Source: an uncultured bacterium (GTDB lineage: Bacteria; Verrucomicrobiota; Verrucomicrobiia; Limisphaerales; UBA8199). Taken from it: a stretch of 64,000 nucleotides of DNA. The notes below the pieces were generated by a model that worked only from the letters and a program-made list of their open reading frames with translations, ran no database searches and was not told where the DNA came from. The DNA lies in NCBI GenBank assembly GCA_963749495.1, contig CAVVMW010000019.1, positions 64,001 to 128,000 on the forward strand, read 5' to 3'. Shown in pieces: positions 29,386-39,486 of the stretch (the first letter of the stretch is position 1; each line of letters opens with the position of its first letter). The translations under genes were made by a program, and so were the position numbers.

Positions 29386-30417
29386 TTGCGCCTCGACCGC
29401 TCCATCACCCTGAAGCTCGTCCAGCCCGTCCGCCGTGCCTTGGGTACCGCCCGGTCCCTCGCCCTTCGCCCCTCGTCCCTCGGCTGCTGGCCCGTTCCTA
29501 TCCTGATGTATCACAGCATTTCGGACGACCCCGAGCCCGGCGTTTCCCCCTACTACAAACTCAACACCAGCCCGGCCGTCTTCCGCCAGCAGATGCAGTT
29601 CCTGGCCGACCACGGCTGCCGAACAATCAGTCTGGACGAACTCGTTGGAGGATTGGCCATTCCGCACTCCGCACTCCGCACTCCGCACTTGACGGTTCTC
29701 ACCTTCGACGACGGCTTCCGCGACTTTTACACCCAGGCCTTCCCGGTCCTCCAGCAGTACCGCTTCACCGCCACCGTCTTCCTCCCCACCGCCTTTATCG
29801 GCGACACGCCGCGTTGCTTCGCTCCAGGGTCCGCGCTTCACGTTTCACGTTTCACGTTTCACGTTTCACGCCCCTCGGCGCCTCGCGAGTGCCTTACCTG
29901 GTCCGAGGCCCGCGAACTGCACAAATCAGGCATTTCCTTCGGCTCACACACCGTTCACCATCCGAAGCTGGTCGAGCTCCCTTGGCCCAACGTCAGTTCT
30001 GAAATCTCCGATTCAAAATCTGAAATCGAACACCAGCTGGGCGCCCCAGTCACCGCCTTTTCTTACCCCTATGCCTTTCCGCGGGCGGACAAAGCGTTTA
30101 CGACAGCTTTCGAGGACCTGCTGGCCAAGACTGGCTACACCTCTTGCGCTACGACTGAACTTGGTCGCGTCCACGCTCACGACGACCCTCTTCGCCTAAG
30201 ACGGCTCCCCGTCAACAGTTTGGACGATGCCTGCCTGCTGGCGGCCAAACTCGACGGCAGTTACGATTGGCTGGCCCGCCCGCAGGCCGCCATCAAAAAG
30301 CTCACAAACAGGCTAACCGACTGGAGAAGGGGCCGAAACGTTGAAGTAGACGCCTCTAAGAGCCTGGAGGCCTATGCCCGGCCACAAGAAAATACGTTGA
30401 ATAAGCTTCATGGCTAA
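29386..30417 (+). CDS. Polysaccharide deacetylase (NodB/CE4-like) carrying in-frame heptamer arrays
   Basis: PILMYHSI, LTFDDG, FGSHTVHHP, FSYPY; TTG start (MRLDRSITL) inferred. Confidence 0.88.
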   Translation: MRLDRSITLKLVQPVRRALGTARSLALRPSSLGCWPVPILMYHSISDDPEPGVSPYYKLNTSPAVFRQQMQFLADHGCRTISLDELVGGLAIPHSALRTPHLTVLTFDDGFRDFYTQAFPVLQQYRFTATVFLPTAFIGDTPRCFAPGSALHVSRFTFHVSRPSAPRECLTWSEARELHKSGISFGSHTVHHPKLVELPWPNVSSEISDSKSEIEHQLGAPVTAFSYPYAFPRADKAFTTAFEDLLAKTGYTSCATTELGRVHAHDDPLRLRRLPVNSLDDACLLAAKLDGSYDWLARPQAAIKKLTNRLTDWRRGRNVEVDASKSLEAYARPQENTLNKLHG

Positions 30418-31381
30418 CGAATCCTCGGAAGTACTTGTCTCGGTAATAATAGTGAGTTGGAACGCTCGCGACTATCTCTTACAGTGTCTTGAGTCCCTCT
30501 CGTCCGAGGCGTGCGCCTATCCAATGGAGATCATCGTCGTAGACAACGCCTCAACCGACGGGTCGTCGGAAACCGTCGAGAGCCGATTCCCCCAGGTGCG
30601 TTTGATTCGAACTGGGGACAACCTTGGGTTCGCCAAGGGGAACAACATCGGCATTTCTCGGAGCACGGGCCGGTATTTGTGCCTGGTTAACTCAGATGTG
30701 AAGATACTCAAGGACTGCATCACGCGGCTCGTGGACTATTGCGAGAAGCAGGCAGATGTTGGTATGGTCGGTCCTCGGATGATTGGTCGCGACAGCAAAC
30801 TTCAGCGCTCATGCCGTGGATTTCCAACCCTGTGGAATATGACGTGCCGCGCTTTCGGTTTGGACACGATGTTTCCTCGAGTGCAACTCTTCAGCGGGCA
30901 CTCACTTCGCCATTGGTCGCACGATTCGCTTCGCCCTGTTGATATTCTCGGCGGCTGGTTTTGGCTGCTCCGCCGCGAGGCAGTCGATCAGGTCGGCTTG
31001 CTGGACGAGTCGTTTTTCATGTACGGTGAGGATATGGACTGGTGCAAACGCTTCTGGAGTCATGGTTGGAAGTTGGTCTTCGTTCCTTCGGCTGAAGCCA
31101 TCCATTATGGAGGAGCGAGTTCCGCGAATGCCCCGGTGCGCTTTTACATCGAACGTCATAGGGCCGACCTGCATTACTGGAGAAAACACAACTGCAGACC
31201 CGCTTTCGCCTGCTTCTTCTTAATCTCTTGCCTGCACTTGCTCCTGCGGGCTGGCGGCTACTCGCTTGCCTTTCTGGCGAAAAGAGGAGCCCAACCTGAG
31301 TACCGTCCCAAGATCATCAGAAGCCTCGCGTGCCTGCAGTGGATGCTCACCAGGCGAGTTCCGACCATAAAAACCCCCTAA
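30410..31381 (+). CDS. GT2 glycosyltransferase (WbbL-like)
   Basis: SVIIVSWN, VDNASTDG, NLGFAKGNN, VNSD, LDESFFMYGEDMDWC. Confidence 0.92.
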   Translation: MANESSEVLVSVIIVSWNARDYLLQCLESLSSEACAYPMEIIVVDNASTDGSSETVESRFPQVRLIRTGDNLGFAKGNNIGISRSTGRYLCLVNSDVKILKDCITRLVDYCEKQADVGMVGPRMIGRDSKLQRSCRGFPTLWNMTCRAFGLDTMFPRVQLFSGHSLRHWSHDSLRPVDILGGWFWLLRREAVDQVGLLDESFFMYGEDMDWCKRFWSHGWKLVFVPSAEAIHYGGASSANAPVRFYIERHRADLHYWRKHNCRPAFACFFLISCLHLLLRAGGYSLAFLAKRGAQPEYRPKIIRSLACLQWMLTRRVPTIKTP

Positions 31382-31388
31382 TTCTGCC

Positions 31389-32300
31389 ATGCAAAACCGA
31401 TACGTGCTGCTCACAGCGGCCAAGAACGAGGAGGCCTACATAGGTCAGGCCATCAAGTCTGTCGTGCGCCAAACCGTGCCTCCTCTAGCTTGGTTCATTG
31501 TGGACGACGGGTCAACGGATCGAACGGCGCAGATCGTCCGGGACTTTGCACGGGCATATCGCTACATCCGGCTTAAGATTCTCCCTCCGAGGACAGGGCG
31601 CGATTTTGGGGCTCAATATCGGGCGATCCAAACCGGCTACGAATCGGCCTGTGACTTGCATTTCGATTTCGTCGGAGTCCACGACGCGGACGTTGCACCC
31701 GAGCGCACGGACTACTACGGCTCGGTTCTCAAGCAATTCGAGCTGAATCCTCGGTTAGGCATAGCCGGCGGTTATATTTATGAGCGCTCGCGGGGGATTT
31801 GGGCCTGCCGCAGGGGCAACTCTGCGCACTCGGTTGCCGGTGGCATTCAGATGTTTCGTCGCGCTTGCTTTGAGGGAATCAACGGATACACGCCCCTGCG
31901 CGTTGGAGGCTCGGATTGGCTGGCCCAGATCCAAGCCCGAATGGCAGGGTGGGAGGTTCAGGCGTATCCGGAACACCGGGTTCTCCACTACCGCCCCACA
32001 TCGAGCGCCGGCGGGTTGCTGAGAGGGTCCTTCCGCGCGGGCCTCATGGACGCTTCGTTCGGCTCTCTTCCGTTATTCGAGATTCTTAAATGCATCCGCC
32101 GAAGTGCGCAAGCCCTCGAAGCAGTTCGCGCCTTTGTAAGGCTCTTGGGGTTTCTATCCTGGACGATCAGGGGGAGGAAACCTCTCATTCCCGCGGACAG
32201 CGCTGCGTTCTTGCGCAAGGAGCAGAAAGGCAGGCTGCTGAAGGCCTGGCCATCCCGATCGAGAGGCCGCGTGGATGTTTGCAAACGTTCCCCCGCCTAG
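31389..32300 (+). CDS. GT2 glycosyltransferase
   Basis: LLTAAKNEE, VDDGSTDRT, HDADV, AGGIQMFRR. Confidence 0.9.
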   Translation: MQNRYVLLTAAKNEEAYIGQAIKSVVRQTVPPLAWFIVDDGSTDRTAQIVRDFARAYRYIRLKILPPRTGRDFGAQYRAIQTGYESACDLHFDFVGVHDADVAPERTDYYGSVLKQFELNPRLGIAGGYIYERSRGIWACRRGNSAHSVAGGIQMFRRACFEGINGYTPLRVGGSDWLAQIQARMAGWEVQAYPEHRVLHYRPTSSAGGLLRGSFRAGLMDASFGSLPLFEILKCIRRSAQALEAVRAFVRLLGFLSWTIRGRKPLIPADSAAFLRKEQKGRLLKAWPSRSRGRVDVCKRSPA

Positions 32301-32461
32301 GGCTCCGAGCCCGGCCATCGCGATTACGGGGGATCGCTTTGCCCCCGAGGAACTTGCTCACTCAGTCAAACTCCTGCCCCATGACGGCGCGTGGAGTCGC
32401 ATTAACTCTTCTGGTTGCTTTGCCCGCGGCCGCACGGTCGCGGAGATGGGCCGCAATAGGC

Positions 32462-32690
32462 TTGCTGGACGCGGAATGCCTGCGCCGTTGGAATCCCAAG
32501 TCGCCGCTCTGGGGAACCGCGGCGCTTTAGGCGGTCACCGCGGCCCCCGCCCACGCCGAGGTCGTCTCCGGCGCCTGCATCATGATCCGGCGCGGCTTGT
32601 TCGAGGGCATTGGCCGTTTCAGGGAGGATGACCTCATGAACGCGGAAGACGTGGAGCGTGGTTTTCGCGAGACCGGTAAAAAAAGTATGC
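32462..32690 (+). pseudogene. GT2 glycosyltransferase remnant
   Basis: LLDAECLRRWNPKSPLWGTAAL*...EVVSGACIMIRRGLFEGIGRFREDDLMNAEDVE is a decayed SGACxMIRR...F.MY.EDxD motif with TAG at 32528-32530. Confidence 0.7.
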
Positions 32691-33306
32691 ACACCCAAGC
32701 CCGCCTGCGCCAAACCACCGAGCGACCCACGACCCCCCGTCCTTTTCGGTGCTTGTGCCCTGGATACCTAACGTCCTCCCGCCTTTTGCCCGGGGTAGTT
32801 GGGGTGGCATTCTGGCCGCTTCTTAACCGCATGAGCTCCGTTCTTCCGAATGCCTTCGTAGCGACGGGCATAAACACTGGACTCGCTGGGCTGGCCGTTT
32901 CTGTATCACTTTTAGCCAGGTGCTTCCAAGATTTGGGCATGGCCCGGGTGGCTGCGGCCTGAGGGTCGTCCGCCGAGCTCGAACGGCTGCTTTGCCCGCT
33001 TGGGGCCGCCCCTTTCGCGCGCTTGGCCGACCAGTCTTAGGTGACATACTTCCGCCAAATCCAAATCGCGCGGCACATGTTCGTTGCGGCGGGTTCCGCG
33101 ACTGGTTCCGGGCCGGCCGCGAACAGAACCATGCCAATCTGCAGCGTCGGGCTCCCCACACTCAATGAACTGGCAATGTAAATGCTCTGACGGGGAAACA
33201 GAGTCCTTGTGTTGCGGGACGAACACGTGCCACACCTCTCCCAAGGAGATTCCTCGGGGCGCGAGGGCCGTTTTTGCTCGCAGCGTTATTTAAATTGCGA
33301 GACCAT

Positions 33307-35133
33307 ATGAGCAGGAGTTTGAGAGCATTCTCCCCAGTCGCCTGGTTCATGGCCATTTTCATGGCCACGGCGCTGGGTTTGGCAAAGGATATTTACATCG
33401 CTCAGACGACGCAGGGTAGCGGCTCCGGGACGAATGCGGCCTCCGCCTGCGCAGTAGCTTGGTTCAACACGAGCGGAAACTGGGGAGCGGGCACCAACCA
33501 AATCAATCCAGGCGACACGGTTCATCTGGTCGGAACCGTGACAAGCAGCTTGACTTTTCAAGGTAGCGGCAAGCCGGGCAACAACATCACCCTCCTTTTT
33601 GAGCCTGGAGCAAACATGACGGCACCTTATTTCTCCACAAGCCCAATCCAGTTGGGAAGTCGCAGTTACTTGGTGGTGGACGGTGGCGTAAACGGGCTTA
33701 TTCAATGCACGGGCAATGGAACAACGAACGCCAACCAAGTGGCTGTGACCGCAGTCACGAGCACGACTACCAGCGGGAACATCACTGTTAAAAATCTGAC
33801 AATCGCCAACATGTATATCAGGACAACTGGTTCAGCCGACTACACCAACTGCGGCGGAATCAGTTTTTCGGGAACCTCCATCTCTAACATAGTTGTCTGC
33901 AACTGTTACATGACCTGGGTTCACAGCGGCGTCTATATTGGCTGGAAAGGCCCAAATAACGGGAATTTTCAGATTTACTCGAACAGTGTCCAGTGGTGCA
34001 ACTGGGGAATCGCGGTCGGCGATGGCGGTGCAAATTCCGTTCTGAATGGACTGGTTGTTCACGACAACAGAATCAACGGGATGACGCCATTTGATGACCC
34101 TAATAACGACAACCACCACGACGGTTTGTATGCTCCATGGGCGGAGAACAGCGGCTCTTACGCCACGAATATCACTGTTTACAACAACATTATTGGCCCT
34201 GACTTTGGAATTAACCTGCCTGCTACCGCAGCCATTTTCATGTCAAGTCAAATGGGCGCAGGCATCTGGAATGCCCTCATCTACAATAATGTGCTTTATT
34301 CCACATCGGCATACAAAACTCCAGCCTGCGGGTTCATGTATTTGTGGAAGGTCCAGGGCGCCGGAGTATACAACAATACAATGGATGCCGGTGGTTCTTC
34401 GGGACCGGGAGTGAGAATCAATGGAGGAACCAATGTCATTGTGATTAACAACATCGTGTCCAACGCTGGTCTCGGCATGGAAGATGACACCGCTGTCGGA
34501 TCCGGCGGACTCTTGCAGTGCGATTACAATGATTACTACAATAATAACGGCAACATGAATTACGGTGGTAGTTCGTGGATAAGCTATTCCTCATGGAAGG
34601 CCCTCGGCTTCGACGCTCATTCGACAACTGGCGACCCCAAGTACGTGAATGCTGCCGGTTACAATTTCAACATTCAAAGCAGTAGCGCAGCTAAGGACGC
34701 CGGCACGAGCGAGAGCGCCTACTTCACGACGGACATCCTGGGTGCGACCCGGCCCCAAGGTTCTGCCTGGGACATCGGCGCTTACGAATACTTGCAGGGC
34801 GGGGCCCCCAGCATTGCGGTTATTCCGGGCAGCCTGAGCTACGGTTCGATGATTGCTGGCACGAGCTCCAACCAGACTTTTATCGTACAGAATACCGGCA
34901 CCGGCATACTCTCCGGGAGCGCGAGCGTGGCGACGCCTTTCAGCATCATTTCAGGCGCTTCCTACAGTCTGGGCGCAGCTCAAAGCCAGACGGTCACGGT
35001 CCAGTACAGCCCTACGATTGCGGGGACCAATACGCAGACGGTGACGTTTAGCGGCGCGGCCGGAGCGACCGCAACGGTGAGCGGGTCGGCCTTGCCGTCG
35101 CCGCCCACGAACCTTAGGCTGATCTCTCAGTGA
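33307..35133 (+). CDS. Secreted parallel beta-helix (pectin lyase-like) protein with choice-of-anchor Q/D-like C-terminal domains
   Basis: Signal peptide; INPGDTVHLVGT; Asn-rich YNN repeats; RPQGSAWDIGAYE; SYGS...QTFIVQNTG; ends PSPPTNLRLISQ. Confidence 0.8.
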   Translation: MSRSLRAFSPVAWFMAIFMATALGLAKDIYIAQTTQGSGSGTNAASACAVAWFNTSGNWGAGTNQINPGDTVHLVGTVTSSLTFQGSGKPGNNITLLFEPGANMTAPYFSTSPIQLGSRSYLVVDGGVNGLIQCTGNGTTNANQVAVTAVTSTTTSGNITVKNLTIANMYIRTTGSADYTNCGGISFSGTSISNIVVCNCYMTWVHSGVYIGWKGPNNGNFQIYSNSVQWCNWGIAVGDGGANSVLNGLVVHDNRINGMTPFDDPNNDNHHDGLYAPWAENSGSYATNITVYNNIIGPDFGINLPATAAIFMSSQMGAGIWNALIYNNVLYSTSAYKTPACGFMYLWKVQGAGVYNNTMDAGGSSGPGVRINGGTNVIVINNIVSNAGLGMEDDTAVGSGGLLQCDYNDYYNNNGNMNYGGSSWISYSSWKALGFDAHSTTGDPKYVNAAGYNFNIQSSSAAKDAGTSESAYFTTDILGATRPQGSAWDIGAYEYLQGGAPSIAVIPGSLSYGSMIAGTSSNQTFIVQNTGTGILSGSASVATPFSIISGASYSLGAAQSQTVTVQYSPTIAGTNTQTVTFSGAAGATATVSGSALPSPPTNLRLISQ

Positions 35134-35342
35134 CCTTGCCGAACCTTGGCTCCCGGCGGACTGGATCCTGTCTGGGTTAAGTGGGCGGAACCAAAATTGG
35201 GGCGGAACAACCCAAGACGCGGTGCGTTGATCCGCGCCATCCACGCCACACCGAGTGCGCCATTCAAGAACCACACACGCAAGGCCTGACATCATGCTGG
35301 GCAAAGGCAGTACCTTCACGGCTTCCTCGAGCACGTAGGTTT

Positions 35343-36689
35343 ATGAACGTCGCCGGGCTTTCCCTCACGCTTCTCTTCGGTTCAATAATCTTGCTTTGCC
35401 CCCGGCGATGGGCGCTCCTGGCAATGATGGCCGGCGTGCTCTATCTTACTCAAGCGCAAGAGGTTGTCGTTTTTGGCTTCCATCTCTTCGCGATCAGACT
35501 GCTCGGGCTGGCGGGGTTCATTCGAGTCATTATTCGCCGGGAGTTCTCGGCTCATCGGCTCAACGATTTGGACCGCCTGTTTTTCCTTTTCTACGGTTAC
35601 ACGGCAATTGTTTTTTTAATACGGTCCGAAGTGGACCAAGCTTACATGATCGGTTCAGCACTGGATGCCCTTGTTTTCTATCTTGCTTTCAGGGGTCTCG
35701 TGGGGGACATTGAAGATTTCAAAGCGTTCCTAGCTGACTTTGGCCTTCTTTTGGCGCCGTATGCCGCGTTGGTGTTGTCGGAGGCGATAACCGGCCAGAC
35801 TCCTTTCAGCCTATTGGGCTCCCAAGAGATCGATTGGGCGAGGGGTGGAAGACCGCGGTGCGTTGGAAGTTTTCGGAATCCTGAGTTGCTGGGCACACTT
35901 GGTTCGAGTTTTGTCCCTCTTTATATTGCGCTATGGTTTCACCGGAAGGAGCGGCTTCTCCCGGTAATGGCCATTGTAATGTGCCTGTTTATTATCTGGG
36001 CATCGAACTCAGGGGGATCGTGGTGCTGCTTGGGGGTTGGAGTTAGCGGATGGCTTCTTTGGAGCCTTCGTACAAGGATGAAGGTAGTGCGCCGGGCGGC
36101 GGGCCTGGGAATTGTGCTGCTCGCCCTTGTGATGAAGGCGCCGATCTGGTACCTGTTGGCCAGGATAAGCTCAGTCACTGGCGGGGACGGTTATCATCGA
36201 GCCCGGCTTTTGGATTTATTCTTCCAAAACCTCGACAAGTGGTGGCTAGCCGGCATGCGAGTTGCTGCTACCAATGAATGGTTTGCCTATCTGCTGCCAA
36301 GCGGCCAGGCAGATCTGTGCTCGGCGATTGTAGGCTACGGCATTGCAGCCGGCGTGGGTGCGGTCATTTTGTTTTTCGCGCTTTTAACCCAAGCTTTTAA
36401 GGCCTTGGGCGCCGGCATGGCTCACACCGGCTCCGATGAAGGACCGCCCGATGGACCGGAATATTTACTGTGGGGGCTTGGCGTGATGCTCTCGGTGCAT
36501 GTTTTCAATTGGCTGGGCATAACGTATTTTGACCAGACCAAGGTGTACTGGTTCATGCAGTTGGCGAGCATTTCGAGCCTTTCAGGACCCTTTATGCGCG
36601 GTCAGCCTGTTGATGCGCACGGACGTGCCCATCTTGAACCGGAGGATGTACGCGTGACCTCGCATGCCGGGATGGCGGAGAGTTTCTAA
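35343..36689 (+). CDS. O-antigen ligase/Wzy-like polysaccharide polymerase
   Basis: About 10-12 hydrophobic segments; RCVGSFRNPELLG, ASNSGG, GYHRARL. Confidence 0.8.
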   Translation: MNVAGLSLTLLFGSIILLCPRRWALLAMMAGVLYLTQAQEVVVFGFHLFAIRLLGLAGFIRVIIRREFSAHRLNDLDRLFFLFYGYTAIVFLIRSEVDQAYMIGSALDALVFYLAFRGLVGDIEDFKAFLADFGLLLAPYAALVLSEAITGQTPFSLLGSQEIDWARGGRPRCVGSFRNPELLGTLGSSFVPLYIALWFHRKERLLPVMAIVMCLFIIWASNSGGSWCCLGVGVSGWLLWSLRTRMKVVRRAAGLGIVLLALVMKAPIWYLLARISSVTGGDGYHRARLLDLFFQNLDKWWLAGMRVAATNEWFAYLLPSGQADLCSAIVGYGIAAGVGAVILFFALLTQAFKALGAGMAHTGSDEGPPDGPEYLLWGLGVMLSVHVFNWLGITYFDQTKVYWFMQLASISSLSGPFMRGQPVDAHGRAHLEPEDVRVTSHAGMAESF

Positions 36690-36753
36690 TTATCGTCAGC
36701 AGTGCAATAGGAACAGCTATCCGTCCATTGTGCGCCGGCGATTTACCTTGTAT

Positions 36754-37407
36754 ATGTTCATTCTCAACTTTCATGGTTTGGGGGAGCCGACCAGGGAGTT
36801 GCCCTCGAGCGAGAAGGATTGCTGGCTCGATGCGGGCATTTTTGAAATGATCCTCGACCTGATACTGTGGCGGCAGGACGTGCGCATAACCTTCGATGAC
36901 ACCAACGAATCGGATTTTTCGATCGCGCTCCCGTTGCTTAAGGCGAGGAACCTCAGCGCTCAGTTCTTTGTTGTCGCCGGAAGGATAGGCCAAGAATCCT
37001 TTTTGTCGACTGCCCAACTCCTGGCACTCCGGGCGGAGGGGATGGCTATCGGAAACCATGGCATGTGGCATAGCAATTGGCGTGATTTGAGCGACCAGGG
37101 CCTTGAGGAAGAACTGGTTCAGGCCAAGGACTCAATTGAACAGATCATCGGGGCTTCCGTTTTGGATGCAGCCTGTCCCTACGGGGCCTACGACCACCGG
37201 GTTCTGAAGAGGCTGGTTCAGTTGGGCTACCACGCGGTGTACACCAGTGACGGCGGGCCTGCCTCGCTGACCTCGTGGCTCCGGCCAAGGAATACCGTGC
37301 GCCGTTCCCACGACATTGGCCGGATTCTGAGGAGTATTTCTGAGGTCCCCCGCGGCCTGCCGGGACTTTGGCGCCGGCTAAAACTGCTGATCAAACGCTG
37401 GCGGTAA
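36754..37407 (+). CDS. Polysaccharide deacetylase
   Basis: LNFHG, ITFDD, IGNHGMWH, ACPYGAYD. Confidence 0.88.
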   Translation: MFILNFHGLGEPTRELPSSEKDCWLDAGIFEMILDLILWRQDVRITFDDTNESDFSIALPLLKARNLSAQFFVVAGRIGQESFLSTAQLLALRAEGMAIGNHGMWHSNWRDLSDQGLEEELVQAKDSIEQIIGASVLDAACPYGAYDHRVLKRLVQLGYHAVYTSDGGPASLTSWLRPRNTVRRSHDIGRILRSISEVPRGLPGLWRRLKLLIKRWR

Positions 37408-37429
37408 TGGTGCCGCGCCTGCGCTGGAC

Positions 37430-38638
37430 ATGGTCACGAATGTAATCCTGGCCTTCGCCGAATCACTTTCGGCGCCTGAGGTGACCTGGAGCTTGGCTGA
37501 CCACGGCTTCCATGTGGTGGCGTTGGCGCGCCGGGGACGCCCCTCGGCGCTGCGGCACAGCCGCTTCGCCCGGGTGTTCGAGATCGCACCGCCGGCCTCT
37601 GACTTCACGGCGGCGATGGCCAACGTCAGGACGGCTTGCGCTCGCGTACTGCAATCTTCAGGGGCTGTGGGGATAATGCCCCTGGATGACGAAGCCATCT
37701 GGTTGTGCGAGAAGGCGGGATTCGAGGACCGAGTCGTGCTGATCGGGCCCGGCGGCGACCAGGCCGAACTCGCCCTGAATAAACAGAAGCAGGTCGAGTT
37801 GGCACAAGCGTCGGGCTTCTCTGTGCCACGGACCCGTTGCGTCGAGCGGCCCGAGGAGGTCCGCGCCCAACTCCCCGAGTTCCCGGTCGTGTTCAAGCCG
37901 GCCCTGGCCGTTACGGTGGCCGGCGGAGGGTTATCGAGAGGCCGCAGTTGGACTTGTTCTGACAGAGATGAACTCGAATCGGCCATCGAAGGCTGGGGAG
38001 GGCGGGGTCCGATGCTGCTCCAGCCGTTCATCCCCGGTGTCGGCGAGGGGCTCTTTGGCCTCGCGACGGCCGGCGGCGTTCTGGGCTGGAGCGGGCACCG
38101 GAGGCTGCGCATGATGAATCCCCAGGGCTCCGGGTCCAGTGCCTGCATGGCTTCCCGCCAGATAGATCAGGCGTGCAAATCGGCTGGCGAACGTTTTGTG
38201 CGCCTCTCCCGATGGCGCGGCCTCTTCATGATCGAGCTGCTCCGCGACGATAGTGGCAAGCGGTGGTTCATGGAGTTTAATGGACGGTCGTGGGGCAGCA
38301 TGGCGCTGGCTCGCCGTTTGGGACTTGAGTATCCTGCCTGGGCCGCCACCATGGCGTTCGCCCCGGATTCCGTCCCCGCTGTCCCCCGATTGGACGATAC
38401 CTCGCTCGTCTGCCGGCACCTGGGCAGGGAAATACTGCATCTCTTGTTTGTCCTGCGCGGTCCCAGGTCGAAGGCCCTCCGGACCTGGCCCTCTCCGTGG
38501 AGAACGCTGCTCGAGCTGTGCCGCCTCAGCTCGAACCAGCGGTGGTACAATTGGCGCCGCGACGATCCCAAGGTCTTCTTCGCCGATTCTTATCGCACTA
38601 TCCGTGACCAATTGGCCAAGCCAGCCCATCGGCCATGA
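37430..38638 (+). CDS. ATP-grasp carboxylate-amine ligase
   Basis: ALNKQKQ, FPVVFKP, LLQPFIPG, FMIE...FMEFNGRSWGS. Confidence 0.85.
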   Translation: MVTNVILAFAESLSAPEVTWSLADHGFHVVALARRGRPSALRHSRFARVFEIAPPASDFTAAMANVRTACARVLQSSGAVGIMPLDDEAIWLCEKAGFEDRVVLIGPGGDQAELALNKQKQVELAQASGFSVPRTRCVERPEEVRAQLPEFPVVFKPALAVTVAGGGLSRGRSWTCSDRDELESAIEGWGGRGPMLLQPFIPGVGEGLFGLATAGGVLGWSGHRRLRMMNPQGSGSSACMASRQIDQACKSAGERFVRLSRWRGLFMIELLRDDSGKRWFMEFNGRSWGSMALARRLGLEYPAWAATMAFAPDSVPAVPRLDDTSLVCRHLGREILHLLFVLRGPRSKALRTWPSPWRTLLELCRLSSNQRWYNWRRDDPKVFFADSYRTIRDQLAKPAHRP

Positions 38639-39388
38639 TTTCCCTCCGCGCAGCTTGTCACGTCCACTCCGATTGGTCTTATGACGGGAAGTGGCCGCTG
38701 GAGCGCATCGCCGCGGCCTTTTCCCGGCGCGGTTATCGCGTCGTGATGCTCACCGAACACGATCGCGGATTCGATGAGGCGCGCCGCCTGCAGCATCGCG
38801 AGGCCTGCCGCCGCGCCAGCTCCAAACGAATCTTGTTACTGCCGGGAATCGAATACAGTGACCGCGCCAACTGCGTGCACGTCCTGACTTGGGGAGATGT
38901 TCCGTTTGCCGGCGAAAACGCATCGAACCGAAGAAGTGCTGGCTGCCGTTCACGAATCCGGAGGAGTGGCTGTGTTTGCGCATCCGAGCCGCAGCGATGC
39001 CTGGAAGCGATTTAACCCTGACTGGAACGCCCGCCTCGTCGGCATCGAGTGCTGGAATCGCAAGACCGATGGCTGGGCACCCAGCCAAGATGCGTGGCGC
39101 CTTCTGCGGGTGAGCCGTGCGGTTCCCTTCGCGGGCCAGGACTTCCACGATGCCCGGCAGTTTTTCCCGCTATCAACGGTCCTCCAGGTGGAAGAGCCGA
39201 TAATTGAGACCACGGTGCTTGCCTGCCTGAGGCTGGTGCGGTGCCGCTCCACAGCTTTCGGCTTTCCAATCGAGCGGTTTGCCGTTGGGTTGGGCGCGGG
39301 GGCCCTGCGTTGCGCCGAGTTTGCCCGCCGCCGGGCAGCCTTCCTGTACCGGAATCTCCTGAGCCGAACATGCGCTCACGGGCCGTGA
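38635..39388 (+). CDS. PHP-domain phosphoesterase; apparent frameshift at ~38915-38927
   Basis: CHVHSDWSYDG, LTEHD, PGIEY, then in the next frame VFAHPSR, GIECWN, AGQDFH. Confidence 0.82.
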
Positions 39389-39486
39389 GCGAGCCGCCGA
39401 TCCCCCGGACCAGGAAATCCGCCGCAAGTCGCACGTTACGCATTACCAGCAACGCCAGCAGCACACCTAAGCCGACTTTTTTGGCT

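Noticed and set aside
32528..32530. In-frame TAG as recoding (pyrrolysine or readthrough)
   Set aside because: Flanking GT2 motifs are eroded and the N-terminal domain is missing, so a pseudogene is the simpler explanation
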